Shown one piece after another: positions 10,080-23,290 of a DNA stretch of 64,000 nucleotides. Below the pieces are notes generated by a model. The model saw only the letters and a list, made by a program, of their open reading frames with translations, made no database searches and had not been told where the DNA came from. The position numbers and the translations under genes were made by a program. Source of the DNA: Camelus dromedarius (taxonomy: Eukaryota); NCBI RefSeq assembly GCF_036321535.1, contig NC_087436.1, positions 57,352,001-57,416,000 of the forward strand. Reading direction: 5' to 3'. The stretch's first letter is position 1. Every line of letters starts with the position of its first letter.

Positions 10080-11015
10080 TAACTTTACCTTAACAGTTGG
10101 CAATTATGAGAAAGAATTAAGCATTTATCCTATCAATCCTATATAAATGGTATTTCAGAGTAATCAAATGGTCTCAGTTCGCCTGGAAAATTTATTTTCA
10201 GAATAATTCCATCTAATAAGGGTAGAAAAAATAAAATATAGAAAAATCAATATTTTGCAACCTCTAATGAAAAATTTTATTTAAGCAATCATTAATAATG
10301 AATGAAACAATTAAATCAAAGTTTGTTAGGGGAATTTGACAATGTAGCAATCAATCTGTCACCACTTGAACTCATTCATCAATTTTAACACCTAAGAAGA
10401 CACTAATATTCCATGCTTCCTAATTTTTCATGCATTATGAAGTACTCAGATCCCTATGAAGTATTCTTTAAAAAAAGAAGAAAATGAATCTGAACTTAAA
10501 GATGGGGGATACCATGTTAAGTTAAATGACACCACAGGAGTGCAAAAAGGCAAACCCACATCATGTAACATTCCATAGAACAAATGTTCAGTTTCAACAA
10601 AGAAGAAGGAGGGAGGTGAGGAAGGATTGCTCTTGAGCAAGACAGCCCAAGATATAGCACAAAAAGCAACGTGTGGACCTTGTTTGGATTCGGATTCAAT
10701 AGTAAAAGGACTTTTTTTTTTTTTAAACAGTTGATAAAATGTGGATATAAGTTCAGTATTATATGATACCAACAAAGTTACTGTTAATTTTTTCCAGCTG
10801 TGATAAAGGCAATGTGGTTATCTAAAAAGGTGTCTGTACCTTTGGAACCACATTTACATGCATGTAAGGATGAAATAACATGAGGTCTATTGAAAAGGAA
10901 TAATGAAGCAAATGTACAAAAATCTTGACAATTGCTAGATATGGGTGATGTAAAGATGCATTAGACAATTATTTGTACTTACACATGAAAATTTTCATAA
11001 TAAAAACTTGTTAAA
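10080..11015 (+). mobile_element. Second degraded L1M 3' end fragment
   Basis: A-rich + strand with L1MC/ME-like motifs (GTGGACCTTGTTTGGATTC; GAAAATTTTCATAATAAAAA terminus). Confidence 0.55.
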
Positions 11016-11659
11016 AATTCAGCAGTGTCTCACTGGCTATCATATATCAACCACATAGCTCAGATCAGCGTGTAAATCCCAGTTATCTGGTCCTAATCTT
11101 TGTTTATAGACTGAGGTCTCATTATCCCTTTTACACAGTTTCTCCAATTGTACTTCAAGGATCATCTACCTGCATGAGAACCAGTTTGAATAGTCATTAC
11201 AAAGAGGTTCCTGGGCCCTTATTAAATCTGCCAAATCAACTTTGTGAAAGGGACCCAGGGCTTGTATTTTAAATAAACCCCCAAGATGTCCCACTCTGAG
11301 AACTATTTTTCTAGAAGTTTCCCTGTGCTCTATTCAGCTACTTTATAGTTCTCAGAACTTATATTTCTGTCACCGCCAATATGCTAATCCAGGCATCTGT
11401 TTTCCAATCCTATCCACTAAAATGTAACCTAAAGTTCCAAGTCTAGATTAAATGCTTCCTTCTCTAGGAAATTTTCTCTTGTCATCTCTGGAACCACCAT
11501 TTATCCTTCAGCAAGGAAGTGAAAGCAAGGTGTCTCTGGGTCTACCACTATACCAATAGCTCGTTAGAGAAGTTTAGAGTTGCATTCATTATGGCTCCTA
11601 AATTTACTTAAGGTTCACTGAGCACCAGGAATTATAAACTCCTTCACAGTTTTGTAGTA

Positions 11660-11980
11660 TCTATATCAGTTTTCTACTAATGCATAATAGATTCCCCCCA
11701 AACTTAGTGATTTAAACAACATACATTTATTATATCACAGTTTCTGTGGGTAAGAGATTCTGGAGCTACTTAGCTGGATGGTTCTGACTCAAGGTTTCAC
11801 ATGAGGTTTTAGTAAAGATGTCAGCTCAGGTTTTAGTATCTGAAGGCTTGACTGGGACTGGAGAACCCACTTCCCAGATGGTTCATTCACATGGCGGGAG
11901 AGTTAGCTCTGGCTGTTGGCAGGAGGCCTAAGTTTCTCGCTGTGTAGATCTTTCCAGGTGGCCGTTTCAGTGTCCTGTGG
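11660..11980. mobile_element. MaLR (MLT1-type) LTR fragment
   Basis: CCCCCAAACTTAGTGATTTAAACAAC...TTTATTATATCACAGTTTCTGTGGGT...CTTAGCTGGATGGTTCTG...GAAGGCTTGACTGGG is characteristic of MLT1. Confidence 0.7.
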
Positions 11981-12553
11981 CATGCTTTCCCTTCCTTTTG
12001 CTCTACATATATCATCTATATGCCAGTCCATACCAAATTCTCATCTATTGCCCAGTCCTTTTTCAATGGTTTTCACTGCTCTTAAAATAAACACAGACAT
12101 CAAAAACCAACACTAATCTGGGGAACCAGGGAATGTTTACTGCAGAAGTAAGACCTGAAAGTTGAACAGGGGGCAGCTAAGGAAAGAGGGGTGGGGCGAG
12201 GAGCTACTACAACCACAACGCCAAGAGCAGCAGCAGCAGCCACAGCAACACAGGCTCCCTGAGCGCAGACTGAAAGGCCCTGCTTCACTGGTCCCTCCCT
12301 GGCTCTTCTGCCTCTCCGCCTCTCCCGTGTAGACGGTCAGTCCCCTTTTCTTTGCTCAGCCAGGGCCTTCACATCCATTTTCTGCTACACTCTTCCTGTC
12401 TTGCCTGGCTCTGCTTTGTCAAGTTACGTTCTGTTCGATGTTCAACTTTCGGGTCTTACTTTCTAGGGAAGCCTTTTCTCATGCTCCAGAATAAGGTTGG
12501 CTCCCTGTTTTACACTTTTAGGTCACTATCAAACAATTATTTGTGTAATGGGG

Positions 12554-13278
<725 letters not shown>

Positions 13279-15580
13279 TTATTTAATGTTTATCTCTCCC
13301 CTGTCAGCCTCCTCTGCCAGTGAGGCTATTCTGTTCAGCACTGGGGCGGCAGAGGGAAGCAGCTGGCTGACTTCCAGTGGACGAGTTGGTGCCACTGGTT
13401 GTCCAATGCCTCCGCTGTGGTCAGTGGTGTCTGGCGGACGTTGGTATGGGACATAAGGATCTGCACACTTTGTGTTCACTCCCGGAGGTCCATCTACATG
13501 ATTCTTCCTCATATCTCCTTGCCTCCACTTTTCCAGTCTTACTCCCTCCCGGTGCTTGATTAACCAGCCCGGTAATCTATGTCTATACTCACCTTAGGCC
13601 ATTGCTTTCTTCGTAGAAAGCTGATGGTAAAATGAACCACGCAGGACTTCCCCTCCACGCTGTCTTTAGGGCCTTCTCTGATGCGAAGTGTAGGGCAACG
13701 GTGGCCTACTGTCAGCTGGCAAACATAGCAAGTCACCTTATCCATGAGCCAGGCCTCAGTTTTCCCTTCTTTGTTAGCTGTTCCCTTTCTGTTCACTCAC
13801 TGAAGGCGAGGCATTGATGTCCCTCAGCAGTGGAAGGGTCTGGGACACCTGTTCATATGACTTACTTACGCTGTCTTGAACTTGCTTGGGTCTAATCCAG
13901 AATCTACTTTTCCACAATGTGATGGATGCCTATTATGCCTCCCACCCTCTGCCCCTGCCAAACTTATGATTGATGTGGTATCCAGATCAAGGTGAGCAGC
14001 CCCAGCTGCACAATTACTTTAATATCCCTTGGCTGGTATTTCAATCTTGCTGAAGTCCAGTAGCATCCAGGCTCTGCTTTCAGAGTGGTGAATAGTTCTC
14101 TGCTTCAGATGGCATAGCCTTGTTCCAAGCCCATACGGGTCTGTGCTGGGACTCTCATACTGGGGCTTGCAAAGGACTCTAAATGGCAGCCTTATGTTCC
14201 ACAAATACCCCTAGAACCATGGTCTCTGCTCTGCTGAGCTGTATGATCTCAGGGACAAGGATGCTTCTCCACCACTTAAATCTGCTGCAAAGCTCCACTC
14301 AAAGCTACCTGCTGTCTGAGACAACTGACAAATAAGTCAGAGCTTGTTTTCCTAAACATGGCATGCGCTTTCTCCAAAATCCAAAAAGGACTACCAGGCA
14401 TTACGCTTTTCTTAGTGGTAAAAGGTGCAAGGGGTATTAACTTGCTCATTTCTTTGGGTGTGTCTTAGCATGCCACAAACTTCTGAAAGTCTAAAAACAT
14501 CACCAGTGTGGCAGGATCCTGGATTTTTGTACCTTTATCACTGTTTGTGGGGCATAATGTGCCTCACAAGGGCATTTCTTATAAAGCTACTTTCTGCTCC
14601 CCAGGTCCAATTAAAGTGATGCCATCAGTAGAATGGACCAGCCTGAGGTTCTGCAGAAGTTCCACGTAAACAGGGTCCCTTTATCACAGGAATGTTAACA
14701 TGACCCTGGGTCAAGATAATGAAGGTACTCATTCCACGTGAATGTAAACTGTTCCTCACCATCCTTCCTGGGAAATCCACCAGATCAATAGCTGCATGGT
14801 AAGGGCAGCTGAGCCCGGCACCTGAGAGTGGGGAAACCACTTGATTAGGTTCCCAGCAGTCTACTGTCAGCTGCTCTGATCCATCTGACTTTTGCAGGTG
14901 TCATAGGGGCAAGTTAAACAGGGACACGATGCTGGTGTGCACTCCTTAGAGAGCAATGCTGAATCCCCATAGTTCCATCTAATAGGTGGCATTTTTCTGA
15001 TTTACCATCTTGGAGGGAGTATACTTTCAGAGGCTTTCACTTGGCCTTTTCTGCCACTGCGGCCTTTAATCTGAGGCTTAGGGAGCAAACGTGAGGTTTA
15101 TGACAACTGCTAAGCATAGCCATCTAACTGACGCACTTAGGCAGTGGAGAAGTGACCACAGTGTTTGTACTCATTGGCCCCCTGTCCAGCTAAACTGGGC
15201 AGGCTTCTCTTTATCCACCTGATCTTGAAATGCTCCCACTGTAACAAAGTTCTATGAGAGCATTTTGGTTGTCCTGGTATCCATGTCAGCTCACACTCTT
15301 TACTCAACAAAACTTTAAATGTTTTGTGTTATTTTTCTTTCTTAGGTATATTACATTATATTTCCCAGGTAAAACTAATGTGGGTCCATTTTCAAAAGAT
15401 TTGGAGAACTCTTCAGGGGGAAATTGGTCTTCCCTTCCATTGACTGGCTCAAACTTTCTCAAGCATAGAAACTAAGAGAAGATTGGTGCTTTTTTATTTT
15501 GATGTCTGACCTCAATCTGTGACCTACCTACTTTTGGTCTTTGCTGCTATATAGATCAAACAATACCATTATTGGCTACC

Positions 15581-16494
15581 TGTTTTCATTTCCTAAGGTT
15601 ACTAGAACAAATGTTTTGATCAGGGTTATCCAGGGAAACAGAGTCAAAAGAAGATTCTATAATACTTATGTATTTTCAGGAATTTGGCTCATGAGTTTGC
15701 AGGGGCTGACAAGTCTGAAATCTGCAAAGCAAGCCAGCAGGCTGGAAACTCGGGCAGGGGTGCAGGCTGTGGGCTGGAGGCAGAATTTCTGCTTCTCTGG
15801 GAAACCTCACTTTTTGTTCAGGCCTCCAACTAAATGGATGAGGCGCATCTACATTATTGAGGGTAATCTCCTTCATTTAAAAGATTATAAACTGATTGTA
15901 GACTTGAACAGAATACCTTGACAGCAACACCTATATTAGTATTTGATTGAATAACTGGGTACTATAGCCTAGCCAAATGGATACATAAAACTGACTATCA
16001 CAACAAATTACTACAAATGTGGTGGCTTAAAACCATGCAAATGTATTTCCTTAGAGTTCTGGAGGTTAGAGGTTTGGAATCAGTTCCACTGGGCCAAAGT
16101 CAAGGTGTCAGTAAGGCTGAGCTCTTTCTCAAGCCTCTAGGGGAGAACCCATTTCCTTGCCTTTTCCAGTTTCCAGAAGCTGCCGCACATCTTAGCTCAT
16201 GGCCCTCTTCTCCATCTTCAAAGCCAGCATCATAGCGTCTTTGAATATCTTCCTCTCTGACATCTTCTGTTGTCAGGTCCCCTTATTTGACTCTGCTTCC
16301 TGCTTCCTTTACCTTACAAAGAACCTTGTGATTATTCTGGGCACACCCAGATGATCAGGCATAATCTCCCCATCTCAAGATTCTTAATTTAATCATATTG
16401 CAAGACCCTTCCCCCATGTAAGGTGATATATTCACAGGTTCCAGGAAATTAGAATGTGGGCATTTTTGGAGGGTTCATTATTCATCCTACCACA
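15581..16494. mobile_element. MLT1 (MaLR) solo LTR inserted in the ERVL, itself interrupted at 15612-16002
   Basis: TG...CA termini. MLT1C/D-like body (TGGCTTAAAAC, GGGGAGAACCCATTTCCTTGCC, ATAATCTCCCCATCTCAAGATTCTTAATTTAATCA). Flanks CTACC (15576-15580) and CTATC (16495-16499). Confidence 0.8.
15612..16002. mobile_element. MLT2 (ERVL) solo LTR nested in the MLT1 LTR
   Basis: TG...CA termini. MLT2D-like body (GGCTGACAAGTCTGAAATCTGC, CAGCAGGCTGGAAACTC, TACTATAGCCTAGCCAA). Perfect 5-bp TSD ACAAA at 15607-15611 and 16003-16007. Confidence 0.85.
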
Positions 16495-18039
16495 CTATCC
16501 ATCTGTGTGTCCTTGAAACACTGTTGTCTATAGCTATTGGCACAGATCCCCTGGGGTCAGGGTCCCCAGTTTACATTCTGGCTTTGCTTCCCAATATAAT
16601 AATTACATCCACCTTGGCTTTGACAGTCAAGTGACACCCCCTGGCCTCTACTCTTCCAGAATCCTGTCATTTTGTTGACAGCCATGAGCCATGAGCTCTG
16701 TCTGTGGGAAACTTCCTGACTCTACATCCCAGCTTGGAAAGGACAGCTTCACTGCATCTTCTCAACAATGCCATCCTCCACACATTAGCACTTCCCTTTC
16801 TGATTTAAAGAAGAGAATTTCTTTTTGGCCTTCCTGGGAAGCGTTGTCAGCTAAAGAATTCTCTGGTCTTAAGCATTAAATCCATTCAAGCATGTCCTCT
16901 TCTCTAAGCCTTTCCCCTCTTCCCTAAAACTTTTCTAAAGCTGTTTTGGCATTTCCACCTCATTTACTGTAGGTCAATGCTTCTCCCAAGTTTAAGAAGT
17001 CCAGCCCAGCATGATATTTGGACTTCTGGGACATAACATCTTGAGTTCTGGGAGTACCCCTAGGCATTGAAGAACTTCTGGTGAATGGTCCCTTTGCTTC
17101 CAAAATAAGAATAGTACTTCCCCAGGTGGGCCATGCTGAGCTTTGACCCTAGCTTTATGCCCACAAATGATGAGAAAGGTGAGGCAAATCTTGATGAAGG
17201 CAAGTATTATCTTGTGAGTCGTTTTACTCATGTGAGGTCTTTGACTGCTCTCCAGGCTAAAGGATTTGGCTGTTCTTGAACAAAAGGAAATGGGCCACTT
17301 CGGTATTTGGGAGGCCAGCAGAGCATGGGGATCCATATGTCTCCATCCCATCCTCAGTTCCTCCCTTCTTCTGTCTCAAGGCTTCAAGTGTCGCATGGCA
17401 AATGTGCCAGGGCTCTGTAGGAAGCCTTCTCTGCAATTCTGCTACTCACATAATCTGGCCTGATTGTCAGCCTGTACTGCCCTCTGGCTGCAGTAAATGT
17501 GGGTGTCATAGAGGTTTTCCAGATCTCACGTTGTGTCCTGCCTTGGTGGTTGGCTGATCTGAACCCACCATTTTCTTTCAGCGGTATGCCATGGTTCTTA
17601 ACCTGCCATATCTGCAGTCTTTCATGGCAACCGCAGACACCCTGTCTCCCCAATGGTAGACATGCTACAGAAACTCATCCTCCCTCTCCTGCACCCTGCT
17701 CCAGTCAGCACAGGTGACACTCCTAGCAACAGCGCCCCTACAGCTCGCCGGGGGTCGTGCAACCCACTTATCATGAGCAATGCAGCTTTTGCTGCCATCC
17801 CGCCAGTGAGGGATCCAATTCCAGAAATCCCTCTGAGGAGATGCTTCCTGGACCATTTCCAGGATGAATTATTTTACTTTGGATTCTCCCAAAAGTAGAT
17901 CCTGAGACAAGAATTCACATTGTGGTAGGATGGGTTTTTGCTTTAAAATTATGTTAAATTGCTCATAGTTTATGTCTATATTTTACCTGTTTGGTGGTGT
18001 ACATGCTATATTTCTCAATTAATTTTCAAAATCTCTCCT

Positions 18040-18530
18040 TGTACTACATGACAAGATAAATTCCAGGTGAATTAAACATTAAATATGAAAATGTGAAATT
18101 ATAAACATATCTAGAAGATAATGTACGTGTTTTACTGACATCAGGATAAATAAGAACATCCTATGCATAAAACCACTGGAAGATTTAATAACTCAACAAT
18201 TAAATAATTTAAAATGTTAAATTAATAATAATTTTTAATAATAAAAGAGTTCCACAAACTATCATACATAAAAAAGGAAAGAATATTTTTCATGTACAAA
18301 AAACATTAAAGTAAATGACAAATTGGAAAAAATATTTGCAAGACATTTTACACACAATGAGTTAATAGGCAGAATATAAAAAGGAACTACTAAACTTGAT
18401 AAGAAAATGACTAGTTCCTGATAGAAAAACAGCCAAAAGATAAGAACAGGCAATTCATGAAGGCTGTTTTTCTACCATGGTCCATAAAGATGAAAACATC
18501 TTCAACCAGGAAACGCAAATTAGAATAATA
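18040..18530 (+). mobile_element. Degraded L1 ORF2-region fragment
   Basis: A-rich, with L1 ORF2-like motifs (AATTGGAAAAAATATTTGCAA; GCCAAAAGATAAGAACAGGCAATTCA). Confidence 0.6.
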
Positions 18531-19309
18531 AGAAGGTTCCAGTTAATTGTTTCAGATCGAACATACAGATGCCCTCCTCAAACATCATTAATATGACAGA
18601 AAAAGGACATAAAAGGCATAAACCCACAGGACAAAGAGAATGGCTCAAGAAACATTAAAAAAAGGTGTCAACCAATTTTACAAAATGAAAACAGATGGAC
18701 AAGTGATCGCTGAGAAAGCCTATCCCTCAGTCTGCAAGGAGAGCCAAGGAGAAGACAACCCCTGCCCTAGTTCCCAGACGTGAAGTTGCTGGAGGCACAG
18801 GAATCTCTGAAGGCGGGGTGGGGGGGAGGGCTGATGGAGGGGAGCCGGCAACCTACTGTGCTCTTGGTGCGCATACAGATCAGGGCACCTCTATATTTCT
18901 GAGGCTCCTTTATCAGGACCTCTTTTCATTCTAAATCGAGTTCCTGCCCCTTACAGAGTAGTAAATAGTAATGACTCCTGCATTTACTCTCATGGAAGTT
19001 TCCAAAATATTTTCATCTCTATGACTGTTACTGTGACAGTCTGTTTTTTGCATCTGTTTTAAAGACAGTCTCCCTGGATGCACTAGGCACACGATAAGGC
19101 TGCCACAATGACGCTCTTGCACCCCTTGAACAGAAATCTCAGACAGCCTCTTTAAGCAGAAGTTTCTGAGTAATGATTCTGATAATCAGTTCAATTTAGG
19201 AGAACATAATAACAGTTCTCTGGAATATCTTGTGAGGAAAAACTTTCCTGAATTTATTCAATGCATATACATTGAGCACTCTCTGTGCACAGCACGACAC
19301 AACATGGCA

Positions 19310-19900
19310 AACAAGACTTTTAATTGACTCTTGCCAGAACCTACAAGGGCTTCTAGGTTCTCTCAGGCTGAAGACCAAGTTCCTTAGTGTGGCTTCTAAG
19401 ACACTGCCTAGGGTGGTTCCTACCCAGCTCTGTTTCTCTCCCCCCACCTCTTTACATTTGGGTTCAGGTCTCCAGCCCCCTGGACTTGTTTTCAGTTCAT
19501 TCAGCCACATTGGCTTTTAGTTCTCAGGTGAGCTCTGCTTTCTCTCACTGAAGGATGCTTGCTGGCCTCTCTGCCTGTTATGTTCCATCCTCCCCACCCC
19601 TACTCTCCCAGCTTCTACTCATCCTAATCACTTCAGCACAAGCCTTTTACTTCCAGTAAACCTTCTAAACTAGGTCAGATGTCTTTGTCATACTCTCTCA
19701 TTGTATCTCATTCCTTTTCTTCAGGGAATTAATCTCAGTTGGTAATTACACATTCATTGATATAATTATTTGCTTAATGTCTTTCTCTAATCCTGGAGTG
19801 TGAACTCCAGGATTTTTCTCACCATGTGATTTCCACTGCTTAACTCGGTGTCTCGAATACTGATGGCGCTCGATCTACGGAAAGTGAAAGAATGGATGCC
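19310..19900 (+). mobile_element. L2 LINE 3' fragment
   Basis: Pyrimidine-rich L2-like sequence (ATTATTTGCTTAATGTCTTTCTC...GAGTGTGAACTCCAGGA). Degraded. Confidence 0.5.
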
Positions 19901-22900
19901 TTCAAGGAGTTTAACTTTACTAGTTCCTTCAAAGAATGGTTTAGTTGCTGCCAAGTTTTGATCTAATTAAAAAAACAGTACTCTCTGTGTAGATTTTCAG
20001 TTTACAGAAATTTAGTTTTGTTTGGGGAAGACGGGAAACTTGGGATTATACTTACCCTAGGGGCTGTTGTGACGGAGATGGTATTACATCTTCCTGGTGT
20101 GGTTTGTATACATTCTGTTTGAAATAAATTTTATTAAGTAATTAGAATCTAGGTCACTCTAGAATATTGATGCTAACTATCAGTACCTGGTTCAGGTATT
20201 AACAGGCACTCTGTTAAATTTGAATAGTTCTTTACAAATTCTGGACTTAAAAAATACCATGAAAAGATTCAATAGAGAACTGAACTCACACAAAAGATAA
20301 CAGCCAATTGCAATGTATAGTTTAAGTGTAACTATATATACAGCGTGTTGGAAAGGACACACAGCATACTCCTCTGTGGTAACCTCCAGTCCCCTGCTAG
20401 GGGGCTTGTGGTCTCTCTCTTGGTGCCATTCAGATTACCTTCTTCAGTCTTAACTCAACGGCTGTAAGCCACTGACTTCCTTTATTTCCCACACGTATTC
20501 ATGCCTTACCAGATCCAGTAAGAACAATTCTTTTGGGAAAAAAAAAATCCATCCTTTTGCCAATAGTAGAGTTCTTAGCCTATTTGAAAGTGTTCAGGGT
20601 TCAGTCTTTAATTACAGAAACTTCCCCACTCTCTCCCCACCATTGTGTCTACTGGCACGGTTCCATCTGCTACTGGAATTTCTAGTGTGCGTTTTCTGAA
20701 AAGCCTGGCATTTCTGCCAGCTATGGGGAGAGGCTGGTCTCTGCATTCAGATACCTCTTTCTGCAAGAAGCCACCTGCATTATTCTTTTCTACGCTGTGT
20801 GTCTGTCTCACTCACTGTGTCCCACAGTGTCTGCATCCTGATGTGGCAGTGAGAGAGCGGATCGCCTCTGACAAAGGTACAATCTGCAGGTTAAGGTTAA
20901 CTGGAACGCTCACCGTGTGTCACCATCAGACATCCCCTTGGCTACCTGGCCTTGTATTTGGCCATCATTGTTTCTAGTTCATGCACGTGTAATCTGTAAG
21001 GGGGCTATCCTTCCCATTTCGTAGAGCCTTGGGCGTGCAAGGGCAGGCAAACTCTTAATTAAAGTCATTTATTTTTATTACCAATTGTTAATCACCAAAG
21101 GAGGAGTTAGAATTCAACTAGGGAAATTATTTACTGACAAATTTTTATTGATGAAATAATTTATCAAAGATTTATTAAAAATTAAAAATGTCTGCAAAAG
21201 AAAATTATATCAAGTAAGATCGTAAAAGGTGCTTCTGTAGGTCAGGAAGAGTTTCTATTGGGGGCTGGCTGTGTGAGTGACGTCGGAGATACTGGGGCTT
21301 TCACTTCTGAAAAAGAAGCTAGGGTGTAATATTGCAACTCACAAGAAAGGCTGCTGTAAGACAAACATCGTGTGGCTGGGGGTGACTCCCTTTCCTGCCC
21401 AGTTGTATTTGTCCTGATATCTATTCCAACGTCTTAATCTGCTTCCCAATTTGGATCAGTCTATTCTTCTTTCTCAGTTAGCATGACCTGAAGATCATCT
21501 TATTTCATATGCCTGGTCGGTCATTTCAGCAACAGCTTTTCTTCCTGGCGCGGACCTGCTCTTTGCTGAGTCCTTTGGCTCAATGCCTCTGACCTTGGGT
21601 GGCTGGGACTTTTGAGTCTCTCTGGCTCCCTTCCCACAGCAAGTGGTGATTCTAAACTCTAAGACACTGTTTTAGTTTTTTTTTTTTTTTTAAGTCTTAG
21701 AATAAAAATTTAAAGTTATACCTGAAGAAAACACTTATGAATTTCTCAGTTCACTGAGTTGGTATATTCAATTCAGTTCTTTTGATATGTAGCAAGGGAG
21801 AGACTGTGAATTATTTTCCATGCCATTTAAAAATATTTTGGAAACTGTTATAAACATTAAGTCAGTATTTTTTCTTACATCCTCTTTCCTCACCCTGGGA
21901 ACATGAGGAATGGGTTATAGTAGCAATTTTCTATTTTAGAGTAAGATCCCACTCCAGAGCTTCCAGGACGCCAATCCTACCAGCTCTTTTGGTATATAGT
22001 CATCATTCCCTTCACTCGAGAGATCTTTTATAGAAACCTTATGCTGTTCCTGGAGGTGCATGCTGATATGTTCTTAAGTTCTGAAGAAGCTGGTATATTC
22101 TGTGTAGAAAGACAAAATCTTTTTTTTTTTTTCCTCCTTAAAGGATTGCTGGGCATCAGTGGCGCCATAGCCACTCTGTTCAAACATCTATTCAGGACTG
22201 AAACAGAATCGGCATTTCAACCCAGGGTTGCTCACTGTTCTCACCACTCCAGTGAGACTGAACACACATTAGATCAGCCAGTCCAAAATCCATTGTAATT
22301 ACCAGAAATGGAAGGCCAGGCTAGGGCGTGGCCACGTGAGTACGATGGGAAATTCGGGTGGATTCTTCCCTGGGGTGTGTGTGTCTGTGTGTGTGTCAGG
22401 GGGACGTAAGAGACTTGTAAGCCAGGAATGCACCTTACCACAGGTCTGTTACACAGACAAGGAGTAGACAAGTCAAAATCAGAGAGGTAAGAGCCAGGTT
22501 GGTCTCAGGGATAAAATGTGCTTAGAGAAGGAATGTGTCACCAAATCTTTGCTTTAAATGAATGTCTAGAATTTTCCTTTGCTAGCCCAACTATAATAGG
22601 TCAGGCAGTCAGGGGTGGCTTATGTTTTGTTTAACTGGGTCAGTATGTCCTTTAGCCAAGCCTTCTCACTCTGTCTTAGGAGGTACGCTCTCCATTGGAG
22701 TGCCTGGTGTTTCCTTTGGCAGCCAGATCCCAGGTGATTTCCTGTCTCATTGCTGTCTGGTTGGTTCTCTGGGACTGAGAGTGGGGTCTCTGCTATGGGC
22801 CATGGGGAGAGCCTTCCATCGAGAGGGCTGACTGGTGTCCAGGTCTAGTGGTGCGTTAACGGTGATGTCTATGTGGCAGTAGAGCCCTGGCATTGACCTT

Positions 22901-23074
22901 CTGGATTATATCCTTGTCACCTTGTGAGGCATCAGAATTCTTACACTGAAACCAGATATCCAGGAGGGCATGGACTTTATCTTCTTTGTACCATTCACTT
23001 GTGTGAGGCGGGTAAGAGTACATTAAATAAATTATATTATATCTGGTAGGGAGCAGGAAGAACCCATGGACAAT

Positions 23075-23290
23075 GGGGTGATTAAAAATAACAAAGTTAC
23101 AAAGTGCTTTCACATACATTTTCACTTGAGTCTCACAACAACCCTGTGAGGTAGGCATAGTATATGTTTTCAATTTCATTTTGCAAAGAAAGACACCAGA
23201 GACTAGAGAGCTTAAGTAATTTGCCCACAGTCATGGTAAGTGCCAGGACCCAAACTCGAAGCCACGTCTTCCAACTTCGCAGCTTGATTC
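23075..23290 (-). mobile_element. MIR SINE
   Basis: AAAGTGCTTTCACATACATT...CTCACAACAACCCTGTGAGGTAGG...TTAAGTAATTTGCCCACAGTCA is the reverse of the MIR core. Confidence 0.75.

Larger units (their letters stand above)
13300..17870 (-). mobile_element. Decayed ERVL-class (HERV16/ERV3-16A3-like) provirus internal region with gag and pol remnants
   Basis: Minus-strand frameshifted remnants of ERVL pol motifs: TKIQDPAT (~14510-14535), a PTTKKEAQRLVGLFGFWRQH-like RT segment (~14360-14430), a KAMPS.AENYSP-like segment (~14050-14130), and RNase H-like AW..D / KDS.EGKS / WPKV.I..D segments (13570-13770). A gag-leader-like GGGATTTCTGGAATTGGATC lies at ~17810-17830. Many stops and frameshifts. Confidence 0.8.
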
